A stretch of 64,000 bases of DNA from the human T2T-CHM13v2.0 reference genome, Homo sapiens: NCBI RefSeq assembly GCF_009914755.1, contig NC_060935.1; one strand, given 5' to 3'. Positions 12,516 to 28,385 of the stretch are shown one piece after another. The notes beneath the pieces were generated by a model. It had not been told where the DNA came from. It saw only the letters and a program-made list of their open reading frames with translations, and ran no database searches. How positions within the stretch are numbered: position 1 is the first letter of the stretch; each line of letters opens with the position of its first letter. The translations under genes were made by a program, and so were the position numbers.

Positions 12516-14876
12516 ATCCAATTGTCTCCATTGAAAAAGGTGCTGTTAGGAATACTGGAAAATCTGCCGCAGATGTTCTCTATTCACTGTTCTCACAGAG
12601 CAGTGAATTCACTGCTCTGTCAATGCTGTTCCTTTTCCTGGACCTGATTGCCAAAACCTGACCTCTTCTCTTTGAGAAAGGAGACCCAAACTCAGTGATT
12701 TAATAGATTATAAATCAATTTGGGGCTACAGAACTGTGAATTATTCATTTCTAACACAGACTTGGCATATAACAAACTAGCTACTGAGAGTCTTCTGCCA
12801 TGATTTATTGATAGAGCCCTGCTAAGATAGATAATTTTGAAATATTTCCCTTGTTTTCATGGTCACTGATGTTTCAAAAGATTTGGGACTAAGTAGGGCA
12901 AAAGGACACTGAGGTTTTCCAGGCATTGAGAAAGGGCTACTTTTCCCCAGGCCACAGCAAGGAAGAGGAAAGGAGAGGAGAGGCAAGCAGTAGAGCAAAC
13001 AAACAGTGAAGCTTTCTGATTTTTTTTTTTTCCATTCATTCCAGTTCATCAGGAATTGTAGGATACCTGCCAAATATCCAGCAGCACCAGCACCATGGGA
13101 AGTACAAAAGAAGCACTCAGTAAAATGGGCTCTCGCATGCCAATGCGTACAGGGACCTGGCGGGTAAGACCAACGAACCAGTGGGTAGGAACAAGAAGCA
13201 TGGAACACTCTAGGTCTCTTATTTACCTATGTTTAAAATATTTAAACTTTTCTATTTACTGTAAGGAAATAATGTAAGCATGATGATAGATAGCAATTGA
13301 TTCTACTTCGTTATCAAGAACACAGTGGGGAGTGGTGGGTACTACGATGTCCTGCAGAACCAGGACCCCATCTAAGGTGGGTGGGACTGGCATCCTTTAT
13401 TAGGTTCTGGCTATAGTCAGGATAGGCATACCAGATCTTCAATTTTTCAAGAGAAGCCAGACATCAATATTTTTATTTTTATGAGATCTTTATATTTCCA
13501 ATTGTTGGCATCTAATGAAAATATTTAGACATTACCATAGCAGCCATAATTCTGTGGTCAAACAGAATTGGCATAATTCCCTGAAGAAATGGACACTGAC
13601 CTTATGTAAGTTGCCATCTGCCTGAATGTATAAGACATACATACTAACTTGAGTACAAAATGAAAATATATCTGGCATGTACTTAATATATGTTCAACCT
13701 CTTCCTCTTTTTCCCATTATAAAACAGTATTTGTGTGATAGAAAACAAAAGTCAGCAATAGGCATTTCATATCTTTCCTACTTCTTTCTAAGAAGGGTCA
13801 ATTTCCTTCCTCCAGTTGGGGAAGAAGAGAGACCAAGAAAATCAGCATCAAGCATTCGTTTTGCCAACAAGGTTGATGGGTAAGGAGGTCAGTAGAGGGC
13901 TACATTTCTCTACTCAAAGATGGACTCACAGACAAACAGTCTGGAGAGGAAGAGAAAGACTGGGGCAAAGGGGAGAAAAAGCAGAAGATAGAGATTCAGG
14001 GCAGGTGCTGATGGGCTAGGAACTTTAGGAAAAGAGAGAGGAAAGTTTAAAGGGGGGGTCCTTAAAATATTTTGCCATGTGATATATACATGACACTCTG
14101 CCCTGTATACCCAAGACATTTAAAATAAAATCCACAGTGCTCTTTAATGCATCCATAGTCATATTTGCATTTGCTTTAAGGTGAGAATGAGACAGCCAGG
14201 TGGGCTACCTGAGACTGTGCCCCAGTGAGTGGTCATGGCTAAGGAGGATAAAGGAGTGCTGACTGCACTTAACCAACTGAAAACCAAGGAACCCAAGGTC
14301 TGACAACAGAATAAGACATCTGACCATAAAGAGATTCCATGCAAAATCCTGGTCCTAGAGCTGGATATTGTAGCAAGAAGAGAAAGCTCATTGAGAGGCG
14401 AGGGCGGAGCGTGGGCAGAGGTGAGGGTGTGCTTGGTGTATCCTAGCCTGGCAGGTATATGGAGCCACTGTGGTGAGCAGAGGTTTTATGTTCAGAATAT
14501 GGCTCCTTTTCATGTTAGAAGGGGGATCCTCTGATATCCTCAACTGTAGCTTAGCTTTCAGTTCTGGTCAAATATATAAGCTTGCTTCTCCACCCTCAGT
14601 GTGTCAAAGCCCTGCAGGGAAGACCCACAACATCATGTTCTTAGAGACCAGACTGTCAGACATAGCAGCACCAGGTTTTGAATTTTAGAAATAATTTTTA
14701 TGTGTGTGATGGGCATTTGTAGTTACACTGGCTATGCATGGGCTTTTTCAGGCCTGTGGAACGTGGGTCCAAGACACTGAATTCAGGAGCTAGCTAGTAC
14801 TGCCGAGGCAGTTTCATGTGTGAGCTGGACACACAGCAAACTGTCAGTTGAGGTTGATCTGAAGGAGATTTGTTCT

Positions 14877-15165
14877 TTTATTTTTCTGAGACAGTCTTGC
14901 TCTGTTGCCTAGACTGCAGTGCAATGGCACAATCTAGGCTCACTGCAACCTCCGCCTCCCAGGTTCAAGTGATTCTCCTGACTCAGCCTCCCAAGTAACT
15001 AGGATTACAGGCGTGCACCACCACATCCAAAAAATACAATTTTTTTGTAGAGAAAGGGTTTTGCCACATTGTCCAGGCTCGTCTCGAACTCCTGGCCTCA
15101 AATGATCCACCTGCCTCAGCCTCTCAAAGTGCTGGGATTACAAGTGTGAGTCACTGTGCCTGGCC
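14877..15165 (-). mobile_element. Alu
   Basis: Full dimer. Confidence 0.9.
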
Positions 15166-15349
15166 AATGGAGATATGTTCTAACGAAGGGTGGGCCACTT
15201 AGCTCAGTGTGTTCGCAAGAGTAAGAGAGAACAGAGGTGGATTAGAGGGGTTGGCAAGCCTGGTTCCAGCTCTGGCTTCCACAGAGGCTATAGAGCCCTT
15301 GGCAGGGCAATTAACCTCCAGGGACCTCAGTGTAAAATGAGAACATTTC

Positions 15350-16450
<1,101 letters not shown>

Positions 16451-16696
16451 AATGAAAACATTCTGGTTCTGCACTTGAGGATTAAATAAGACACAAATCT
16501 GAAAGTTCTGGAAAATGTAACAGTAATAGCTAATGTTTACCAGTGCTAATTATGAGCCAGGCATCTCATTTATTCCTCATAACATCCTTGTGATGTAGGT
16601 ATACTTATCCCAATTTTTACAGATGTCCAAACTGAGGTACAGAGAGGTTATACAGCTCATCCAGGGTCACAGCTAGATCTGGACTTAACTTCCTTT

Positions 16697-17100
16697 GGTA
16701 TAATACAAAAATATATTTGGTCTTTGTCCCAGGTTCCTGACCCAGAGCTCCTAAAACCCTTGGAATTTCCCGAGTAATAGGTATGTCTTTTGTTATTCAT
16801 AAGGAGGAGATTCTTTTGATCACCCCTGAGTTTATCCTAATGAAGTGACTTAGGGTATGGCCCCTAGACAGCTTAGGATGGGGCTATTCACTAGAAATAA
16901 CAAGTCATTAGAGGATTGGAACTTTCAGCTCTGTCCACAGACCTCCAGGATGTGTTTGCATTGGGTGGTACGGGGATGTTGGGGAGCACTGGAGATTGAG
17001 CTCCATAAAAACTCTTGAACCAGGATACCTGGAGAGCTTCCATGTTGGTGAACAGATCAAGGTGCCAGGTAATGGTGTGCCTCTAAAGAAGCTCTGCACA

Positions 17101-17140
<40 letters not shown>

Positions 17141-17210
17141 TGCCCTGTGTAGCTATTCCTTTTGGCTGTTCCTGAGTTGTAGACTCTAGAATAAACTGGC
17201 AAACATTGAA
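16697..17210 (+). mobile_element. MER21-like LTR containing (CA)n at ~17103-17138
   Basis: AAAATATATTTGGTCTTTGTCCC...AGAGCTCCTAAAACCCTTGGAATTTCC; AATAAA near the 3' end. Confidence 0.65.
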
Positions 17211-18228
17211 TTATACATAATTCATATGTAGATATATTTATATATTTAAATATGTATGTATTTATTTGCTAAACAATCGATTCTGGGCAGTGGGTGATAA
17301 TAGAGAAACACTGACCGAGCTTACTTAGGGTCTCTGTATCCCGAGGGAAGGGTCAGACCCTTCCGCTTGAACATTGAGCTGTTAGATTAGATTCAAATCT
17401 GAAATAACCGGCACAGCAACTCCCATTCTGATTCCTCTGAAGGGAACGAGAAAGTCAGGAAAGGTAAAGATCATGCAACCAGCAGCAGAGAGAACATGCC
17501 TGCTCTGACCCCGCCCAGCCTGGCTCAACTACAGGATCGTCCGACTGGTTTCTGCCACAGGCATGTGCTGGGAAATATGAGGGAGGCTGCCCAGAAGGTG
17601 GTGGCTTTGTAGTTGTGTCTTGTTTAAACTCTTTTATTGTAGAGCATCCTTCTTTCCAGGCCATTCTTTACCTGAGGGAAAGATTAGGGCAGCTTCACGA
17701 TGCTAGGCAGTGGTATATTTTTTTAGTGATCTGTATAAACCATTTTTTTTTCAAAGCTGACAGCAAGAACATCTGGAGTCTTACTCTATTTTCTCTCAGG
17801 GTTCAATCTACTCAACATTGTTGAGTTTCCCTATCTTTCTTGTGAGGTAACAAGGGTCTGTATATTTTAATATATCCCACTGCAAGAGTAAAATGGCCCC
17901 AGGTTCTAGGATCGGGCAGCCTAGGTTGCAATCCTAGCTCTGAAACCACTAGCTCAGCAACCTTGGGTAGGTTTCTTAACCTGTGTAAATCTCAGTTTCT
18001 TCACAGTACACAGTAATATGTTACATAGAGATGAGAGGATTAAACAAAAGAATGCAGATGTCCCCTATGTGTAATGCAGAGCAATTACTAGATATTAGCT
18101 GTGTGCTAGTTACTGTTTATAGCATTATTAAAAGTGCTTGTCAGCCATGCTACAAGCTGATTACCAAAAGAAAATTTTGCTTATTTTCTTTGTATATTTC
18201 ATACTGAAGGAGTAAAAGCTGTCACACT

Positions 18229-18259
<31 letters not shown>

Positions 18260-18533
18260 GTGACAGGGTTTCACTGAGTTGCCCAGACTAGAGTGCCCTG
18301 GCATGATCACAGCTCGTTCAGCCTAGACCTCCCAGGCTCAAGCAACCCTCCTGCCTCAGCCTTCTGGGTAGCTAGGACCACAGGTGCATGCCATCGTGCC
18401 TGCTAATTATTTTATTTTTTGTACAGACAAGGTTTCACTTTGTTGCCTAGCCTCAACTCCTGGCCTCAAGTGATCCTCTGGCCTCAGCCTCCCAAAGTGT
18501 TGGGATTACAGGTGTGAGCCACTGTACCTGGAC
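18229..18533 (-). mobile_element. Alu (AluJ-like) with (TTTA)n tail
   Basis: Full dimer. Confidence 0.88.
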
Positions 18534-19039
18534 CTCATTACACACTTAATAAAATAAATAGATTGCATAATGCCACTGGTCACTCATCAGCCACCAACCT
18601 TGGCAATTCACTTCTCTGACAGTCTGTTTCCTTCTTTTCTAGCTGGGCCAATCACTGCTATCTCCCAAGATACCCTGGTTGAAAGATGTTTGGGAAAGGT
18701 TTCAAGTACTATCTGGAGTAAAAGGTGTTACTGTTGGGATACATGACAATGAGCTTCTACGGTCAGATATTCATTTGAGTTTGAACTTGGGATACGTGTT
18801 GAGAAAACCAGTTCTGCTCAATTTTTAAATCCTAGGACACTCGGTAAGCATTCAAAATGTTGATTTATTTCTTTGAGAAAACATCTAGTAATCTTGAAAC
18901 TCTCTTGTCTTTTTTCCCTCTCCTTCTCCAGAGTTTGATTTTCTTCCCATAAAATTTCATTATACTGTTGGCAGCAACTATTATTTTTGCCTTTTGTACA
19001 AATAATCTTTTTAGTTTATATTCAGGCACAGCAGTATCT

Positions 19040-19640
19040 GCGATGCTATAGTTTACATTACAGTTCACTCTTGGTGTTGTACATTCTTTGGGTTTTGACA
19101 AATGTATAATGACATGTATTACCCATTATAGTATCATATGAAACAGTTCCTCTGCCTTAAAAATCCTCCGTGCTCAACCTATTCATCTTTCCCTCACCCC
19201 AAACTCTTGGCAACCACTAATCTTTTTACTGTATCCATAATTTTGCCTTTTCCAGAATGTCATATAATTGGAATCAAGAAACAGTATGTAGCCCTTTCAG
19301 ACTGGCTTATTTCACTTAGTAATATGCATTTACAGTTCCTCCATGTGTGTTCATGGCATCATGGCTCATTTCTTTTTAACACAGAATAATATTCCATTGT
19401 CTGGATGTGCCACACAGTTTGTTTATTTATTCACCTATTGAAAGACATCTTGGTTGCTTCCAAGTTTGGGAATTATAAGTAAAATTGCTGTAAACATCGG
19501 TGTGCAGGTCTTTCTGTGGACATATATTTTCAACTCACTTGGGTAAGTACTAAGGAATACAATTGCTCGATGCGATGGTAAGGGTATGTGTTGTTTTGCA
19601 GTGCATCACCAAACTGCCTTCCAAAGTGGCTGTATCATTC
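19040..19640 (-). mobile_element. Old L1 (L1MC-like) 3' fragment
   Basis: Typical L1M 3' UTR motifs (GACTGGCTTATTTCACTTAG, GGTTGCTTCCAAGTTT). Confidence 0.7.
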
Positions 19641-21024
19641 CCCCACCATTTTAAGGCACAGCCTGGCCAGCCATGCCAGGATGTAGCATTGACTTCTTAG
19701 ATAGGTGAACATCCCAATTCTTTGTGCCTATCTTGAGATATGCTATTATGGACAATCACATTCCAAGGCAGCATAGGGCAAATTCCTATGTTTCATGCTC
19801 AGTTTAACAAATGTGTGTTATTAGAGGGTGTGTCTGGATGGAGGTAACTTATACTGTGTCCAACTCACCTATTGCTATGTTGGCGTGTGAAAGTTGAGAA
19901 GTGCCACGATGTGTTTGCACCTGTAAGACAGGGAAGGCGTGGCTGTCTCTTCTTCCTGAAAAAGCCCCTTGGCTTTGACACTGCCCATTGGTGTCTCTTT
20001 CCCCTTTGCTGTTGCTCTCCTGAGGACATGTTGGTCATTCCTCCTCATTCACTGGGGATTCGCCTCCTGACTCATAGTTTTCCTTTTCTTACCCCACCAT
20101 AATATCCACCCCCGACTTCTCAGTTCCTTTACCTTCTCATCTCTAACAACATTTTTCTCACCTTCCACCAGCAACCCACTACCCATAATCACCCTCAGAG
20201 CCTTCACAGCAACAGAATCTACATGCCTCAGACATCTCAGTTTCAAACAACTCACCCTTTCAGCACCACAACTTACATTTTCTGATTCACTCACCACAAT
20301 TCCTTGAAGTCACAGGGCCTGCAATCTCTTGACTTTTCCTTTGTCTCACAGCCCATCAGCCCCTCTGTTTTCTCATCACCCCTCATTAATGTAAACCCCA
20401 GGATCCATCTTCTCACCAGGCCCCTGAACTTTCTTCTGTTATTTGCTCCTACCCAGCAGACCCCAATCCTGACTGAAATTCACTCTGCCTTCTCCATGCC
20501 TGTCCTGAGTAGCTCCAAGTTGCTGATTAACAACCACTGGCCAGGCTGAGTGGCATCATTTGAAGCCATCATCTCAAGCTGCAGGGGGACATTCATGCTC
20601 CTGACACGCCTGTTATACTTTACTAGTTAATGTTTCCACTTTCTGAAGTGCTCCTTCATATCTTTTTTTTGTCTTCAAATCTCCTACACTGTTCCCCTGA
20701 ATCCTGGCTAATGGGTAGCCTCTATCTCCCTGAGAATACAGAAGCCAGACAAGAGTTCTCTTCTTTCCTCACACCAGTTTAGAAGTGCATCTGAATTTGC
20801 ATCTGGCTTCTGATTCCTTTCTACTACAAGAAAGAAAGCCTCCCTCTCCTAACAAATAATATTTCTTCCTTGGGTTTTGGATGAGCTCACTTTAAGGAGT
20901 TCTGGATTAGCTCACTTCAAGGATGAGCTCACTTCACCTCTCCCTTCCCTTCAACATCCACTCATGCCTCTGCATCATCAGCCCCTCCGTCTCCACTGCA
21001 TCCTTCCTTCTTTTTTTCCCCCCT

Positions 21025-21640
21025 TTAAAGGAGAGGGGCAATATAACTTACGTAAAATAACATATGTAAAAATAACAATCCAGAAATTTTTTGGTGTTTG
21101 TTTCTCAATACCCACCCTCAAATGTAACCACTTTTCTGATTTCTATTAGAAAATAGATTAATTTTCCCTGATTTTGGACTTCCTATAACTGGAATAATAT
21201 GGTATATATTTTTTGGTATCTGGCTTCTTTTGTTCAATACAACATATTTGTGATTAATCCATGCTGTTGTGTAGGTCAATCATCTTTATTGCTGAGTAGT
21301 ATTCCATTGCAAGGTCATACCATAATTTGCTTATCCATTCTTCTGTTGGTGGAAATTGCAGGTGTTACCAGATTTGAGCTCCTATAAACAAGGCTGCTCT
21401 GGACATTCTTGTACAGGTCTTTTGGTGGAAATATACTTTCCTTTTCATTTGGAACTTCTGGTCATAGAATAGGTGTATATTTAACTTTATTAGGAGCTAA
21501 CAGACAGCTCTTCAAAGTGGCTATACCATTTTGCATTCTCATAAAAGCAGTGTATGAGGGTTCTGGTTGCTTAACTTCCTCCACAAATATAGGATAATCA
21601 GTCATTTTGATTTTAGTGATTCTAATGGGTGTGAAAAGTG
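21025..21640 (-). mobile_element. Old L1 (L1ME-like) 3' fragment
   Basis: L1M 3' motifs (AGTATTCCATTG, CAAAGTGGCTATACCATTTTGCATTC). Confidence 0.65.
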
Positions 21641-22399
21641 CTTTGGGGTCATAAGATTAGCCCCCATTAGAAGTTATCTATTATTATTATCACCAGATCA
21701 CGACTCAAACATTTTTAATAAAGGGCACCTGAGTTCCTTCTTTATTGTAATCATGCCTCAATCTTCTTCTTGTCCTAACCCCTCCAAAAACCACATCATA
21801 ACCCCCAATATTGGCCATACATCTATTTAAGTATTATGTGTAAATATATGTTGGTAAATATGTTAAAGTATTGGCTTTATAAAGAGGACCCAGTAGAGAC
21901 ATCATCAATGCCCCCCACAATACCCAGCGAGTGCTTGGAAAATGGCTAGGTTCGTATTTTTCTGCAGCTCCCTAGAATATAACAGTCTACCCTACTTTGT
22001 TCTGGGCTCTGTCCCCACATCTTAGGAGTTGCATTCTCTTTCGGGCTGCACAGCCCTATGGGACGTCAAACCTTGCCTTTCTTGACAACTGATGGGAGGT
22101 CCCTACCATCAGCACCTTCTCCAGTCTATCAACCTGGGTTGGACGTCCCTACCTAGACACAGCTTCTCTTGGGGACGCTGTGGAGGAAATCGGGGTCTCG
22201 GGTGTGGCTATATACTCTGGGACAGAAGCTAGACGCGCTCCGCAGCCTGAGGTGGGCCAGGCACCTGCTGGGCTCGGGGTGGCAGAGACAGCTGTGCGGT
22301 CCCAGCTGTTCCTGAGCGCACCGCTGAGGGACGCACTCCCTTCTACAACGGCTGCACCCCAAGTCCTCCTCCCATTCCTATATTTTTCTCCATCCCCTG

Positions 22400-23110
22400 C
22401 CCACGCTTAATTAGTTATCTCCTCCAGACCCCTCCCCACTGGCCTCCTCCCTTGCACACGCGAGCTGGGCAGGGAAGAGAGCGCCCGGCTCAGTACTGCG
22501 CGCGCCCTGCGGCTGTCCGGGGCCGCGCGGTGGCCAAAGCACAGCGCGGGAGAGTCTGCGATGTCAGAGAACGGCTCCTTCGCCAACTGCTGCGAGGCGG
22601 GCGGGTGGGCAGTGCGCCCGGGCTGGTCGGAGGCTGGCAGCGCGCGGCCCTCCAGGACCCCTCGACCTCCCTGGGTGGCTCCAGCGCTGTCCGCGGTGCT
22701 CATCGTCACCACCGCCGTGGACGTCGTGGGCAACCTCCTGGTGATCCTCTCCGTGCTCAGGAACCGCAAGCTCCGGAACGCAGGTGAGCACCATTCCTGA
22801 TGCTGGGTGCTGGCATCGGGCCCTTCCTTGTCTTCTGATCTTGTCCCTGACCCCGGGATATGCGCTGCCTTTTCCCTCCTCAGCCCGGGCTCCCCTTTCC
22901 CTTCACTCTAACCTATTCCTTAAGTTTGACTCTGCACTCAAAAGTTAGGGTGAGTTTTGCCCCTCCGAAGTGCGGCTGCCCAGGACGCGCTTGGCACAGA
23001 GGGAATTGCGGAAAGTTTTACTGGCGCGCTTTTTGGCCGGGCGCCGGCGCTGTGGGAACCCACGCTGCTGGATGCCATCGCTACCCCGTAGCGCTCCAAT
23101 GCGTGTCTTT
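22400..23110 (+). promoter_or_regulatory. MTNR1B: CpG island / MTNR1B promoter, 5' UTR and start of intron
   Basis: Dense CpG/GC content around the ATG at 22561 against a CpG-depleted background. Confidence 0.85.
22561..22783 (+). CDS. MTNR1B: Melatonin receptor 1B (MT2), coding exon 1 (aa 1-74, phase 1)
   Basis: MSENGSFANCCEAGG...VDVVGNLLVILSVLRNRKLRNA; donor CAG|GTGAGC at 22783/22784. Confidence 0.98.
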
Positions 23111-23798
23111 CCAGAGGTGCCCACATCAGGCCACAGAAATCTCACCACCTGTACTTGACATCCCACTTCCTTCCTTGCCAAGCACTGTAGCTTTATGTAG
23201 TAGTCGCTTAGAAAATCCTTGCTGAAAAAATGAGTTAATCAATGGAAGCATTTCAGTAGGTTTTGTGTCAAAAACTTATCTCCAGGTCATCTGAAGACCC
23301 AATTCCAGTTGACGGAGAGTAAATGCAGAAATTGCAGATTCTGCTTGGACTGAACTAAATTGCTTTGAAATATTGTGGTCTTTTCCGAAGACTGGGAATT
23401 CCTGGGATTAACTGTGAAAATTAAAGCAATGATTTGGCTAAATCGTGTTGTAATCCTGAAAATATTTTTCCTATTTCAATCCACTCTCATTTCAATATTC
23501 CCCTAGTCAGGTCTTCAAAGAAACAAAACCAGAGTGGGGGGCAGTATCTGAACTCTAGCCCTCACAGGTCATGGGGCATGATGACCACTTCAGCTTAGGA
23601 AGGAGCTCAGTCACCTGTTTGTTAATTTTGCAGTTTCTTCAAGTTGGGCCTTGGGAGCAAATTCAAATATTAGAGTGAATTAAAATGGAAAGATAGCAGC
23701 AGTAAAACAACCATATAGCTTAAAAATGCTTTTCTAAGGAGTCAGACCATTTTTAGCAAATAGTAATATGTATTTGGTGTGGCCTGTGACTCTAGAAA

Positions 23799-24144
<346 letters not shown>

Positions 24145-26973
24145 TGAGTATCCAGCCATCATATGGGAAACATAACATTATTAAGAAGAAGTAAACTTTC
24201 TAACTCACTTCAGTAGTGGTGGCTGTTTTCTGGAATACATTGTTCAAAATATTGTGTCCTTTGAAGAAAAGCTTATATATTAGGGAAAAACAGGTTATGA
24301 TTAGAAAACTGCATTTAATATTTTTGACACATTGTCCCTTGCAGCCATCATAAACATTCATTTCCAGCACAGGGAAGCAAAAGGGAGACAACTCCTGGCT
24401 CTATGGGGGAGAAATGGGTCCTCCTGGTTCTGACATTGGCCCCTTCTGTCCCTGACTTATTGAGTATTTAGAGCAGGTCTGTCAGGCCATGGCTCCCTGC
24501 TCAGTAATTTGGATTGCCCACCATGAGAAAGGTGGTTGAGGGAAGTAGGAGTTGCTTCCTTTTGCTGGAAGGAGAAAAGCACCCCTCCCCTCCTGCATCC
24601 TACAGAGGGCTGGCCTTTTCTGTGATCCTGGCAGGGTCTGCAGAAACCTAACCAATTTAAGAGCATCACTGGGGAGGGTCATGAGCATGTTAAATTGCTG
24701 GCATATCCTCTGTTCTATCTTTCCTACCTCCTGATGTGTCCGCTACAGCCCAGCACCCGAACAAAAAAAAATAATAATAACACTATATCTAAATGACATC
24801 AATTCCTGCCACTGCTGCAGTCTTGCGATTTAACCAGTTCTTATGTGACCTCTGGCTTTATTGGTGACAGTCACAAACAATTGTAGTACTGACTTGAACT
24901 AAATGATCTCAGCAGAGTGAGATTTCAAAAGGCGCTTAAAACCTACAGCTCTTTGAATAGTTAGCACACATTCTATTCTTAATCAGGCCTTGTCTTACTG
25001 AAGAGTTTGGATTTAATTTAAGAAACGCTTCTTCAGACCTTTCTGTACTTAAGTCTGGCTCCTTAAATCATTGGTATTAAAAAATTAAGTCTGTAACAAT
25101 GAGAATACATATATTTCCAATAACCAAGATACATAGCCCATATTGAGGTCACAGCATGTTTCCCAGGAGACACCAGTATCCTTTACTTGCCTATCACAAA
25201 CCCAGTTCCTCTATGGAGCAGATCTGTATCATTCCTAACAGTGCCGCTCCTGATGGCAGGGTGAGTGGTTAGATTAATTGTCTTTTTTTTTTCAGGGATA
25301 TCCTATCTGTAGTGTCTGTTGCTGCATGTGGTGGGTTGACTTCAGAGATAGCACCAGAGAAAGGCAGACAGGGAGGAGTGGAGGCAAGGTGGGAGGTAGG
25401 GTCAGGGCACCAACCCAACTTAAAAGGTAAGGCCAAGTGTGTTCACTCTTTGCTACATTCTCAGAGTCTTGCACAGCCCATGGCACTGGGTTGGCACCTC
25501 ACGCCTGTCAGATTGTGCTTCCCAGGGACTTGCCACACTTTTGACTCTACTGAGAGCCGTTGAGAACTTTCCCTCCTGGGCTCACCACTGCTGCCCTGAC
25601 CCTTGAGCTACACCTCGCTAATATTTATCTCTTGCATTTTTGAGCTCTTCCTTTCTCTCTTCTGGAAACTTCCTCCATGTTACACACACACACGATACAC
25701 AAAGTCTCCTGTTTTAAAAGAACAAAAGACTCTTTTCTTGACTTCATGTCCTCCTAACTTCATCACTACCTCTCTCCCTCCCTTTTCAGCCAGACATTTT
25801 AATGTAGTTGTGGACATCTACTGGTTCTACCCCATTGCTTCCCATCCTTCCTCAGTCCTCTGGGCGCCATTCTCTGGAAATGTTCCTCTGTGCTGTGTGT
25901 GACACTGAGGGCCACTCCCTCTGTGGGACCTTTCATTCCCTCGGCTAACCTGGTGCTAGTTTTTGGATCTCCTTTTTCTCTTCATCTCCCGGATACCTGT
26001 GCCCTGAAAGTCATCTTTGGTTCCTCCTACTCTTTCATTCCACATGTCCTAATGATTTTACCTTCCACTATTTCTCAATTTCTCCCTTTCCTGCCTCCTT
26101 ATTCTTACTGCCCCACTTCATGCCTTCATCATCTCTTGAGCAAACACTATCCATAGTGCTTGAGAGCTTTTCCTGCTCCCTCCCCCAGCCACTGTTACCA
26201 CTGCCAAGAGTTTCCCTGTCTTCAGTGGCTGCCCTCCATCTCCAGAACAGTGTCCAACTCCAGAGCACAGCTCCCACGGCCATTTGCGGCTGGCCTAGCC
26301 CACCTAACTTACAGCCTCATTGCCCTCCTCTCACCAGTGTCACAGTGAGCTGCTGCTACTTCCCAAAGGGTCTGCACTCCCTGATGTACTTTCTCTACCT
26401 CTTCTGCCCAGTCAACAGCTGCTCCTCCTTCAACTCCTTCCCCAACTCCCCTGAAGGATTATCAATGTTGATTATTAATACCATGAAGGGGATAGTAAGT
26501 GTCTCCCTTGTTGGGCTTCTAAGATACCTGTGCCCTCCCCAGTACAGCATCCCCCTCACTGTACTATTGTTCTTTGTCTCTCCCCGCTGGACCGTGTACC
26601 TGCTGAGAGCAGGCACTTTCATTCAGTTTCTGTCCACAGAGCCAGACACATAGTAAGAACAGAACACATCTCTGATTAAATTGGAAATGGATAAGACACC
26701 AGGTAGTGGGGGAAAATTAATTGATTTTGCTCCATGAGCTGGGATAGACCTCAGTTACAGTACTCAGCACTGCATAAGTAATCAATACAGGTTTTCATGA
26801 AACTGAACTGCTTTGAGAACAGCCCAAAGTATATCTCATGTTAAGCTGACTATTGGCACCTTCTGCATGAAGGCATGCTTGTTCTGTGATTCTCCTGTGT
26901 GAGTAAAGTTGCTCAGCAGTTTCCAGCCATGCCATGGTTGTACCCTACTGATTCCTCTTGGGGAGTTTGCCCC

Positions 26974-27960
<987 letters not shown>

Positions 27961-28370
27961 TAATATGCTGGCCATATAAGAGAGCTGAGAGAACCATGTC
28001 CTCACTGTAACACCCAAGTACTCTCCACTATCAGAGAGGAAGTCATAACAACACCAGTTATTCCTGGCTCCATAGGCACAGCCACCTTAATTTTCCAAGT
28101 AGCAGTCAGAAGCTGTGGTCTGACAATGGATTTTTGTGCTGCAAATGGGTTAAAGAGGCTGTCTGGGAGGTTTAGTGAGTGCACGAATTGGCATTTCTGG
28201 GGTACGTTGATGATTGGTAAAGCAGAAATATATGAACTATTTGATGTTAAGATTGCCTAGGAAAACATGGAGGATTTGCTTGCTGAACACACAGATCTTT
28301 GTCCAAGGTCACTCTGTCTATGCTGGCAAAGCTGCCCCTCCTCCAGGCCCCCAGTGATGCTAAGAATTCA

Positions 28371-28385
28371 CACCATCTCCTATCC
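28371..28385 (+). promoter_or_regulatory. MTNR1B: Intronic islet-enhancer site of rs10830963 (base 28379 = C)
   Basis: Flank AATTCACACCATCT[C]CTATCCAGAACC; offset from the donor is +5596, matching recalled c.223+5596C>G. Confidence 0.85.

Noticed and set aside
22153-23225. Many overlapping ORFs around exon 1, including intron read-through ...NAGEHHS*
   Set aside because: GC-rich CpG island with few stops; only 22561-22783 matches the receptor.
26120-26653. 177-aa intronic ORF
   Set aside because: Non-family, S/L/P-rich sequence over pyrimidine-rich, probably L2-derived DNA; no splice or homology support.
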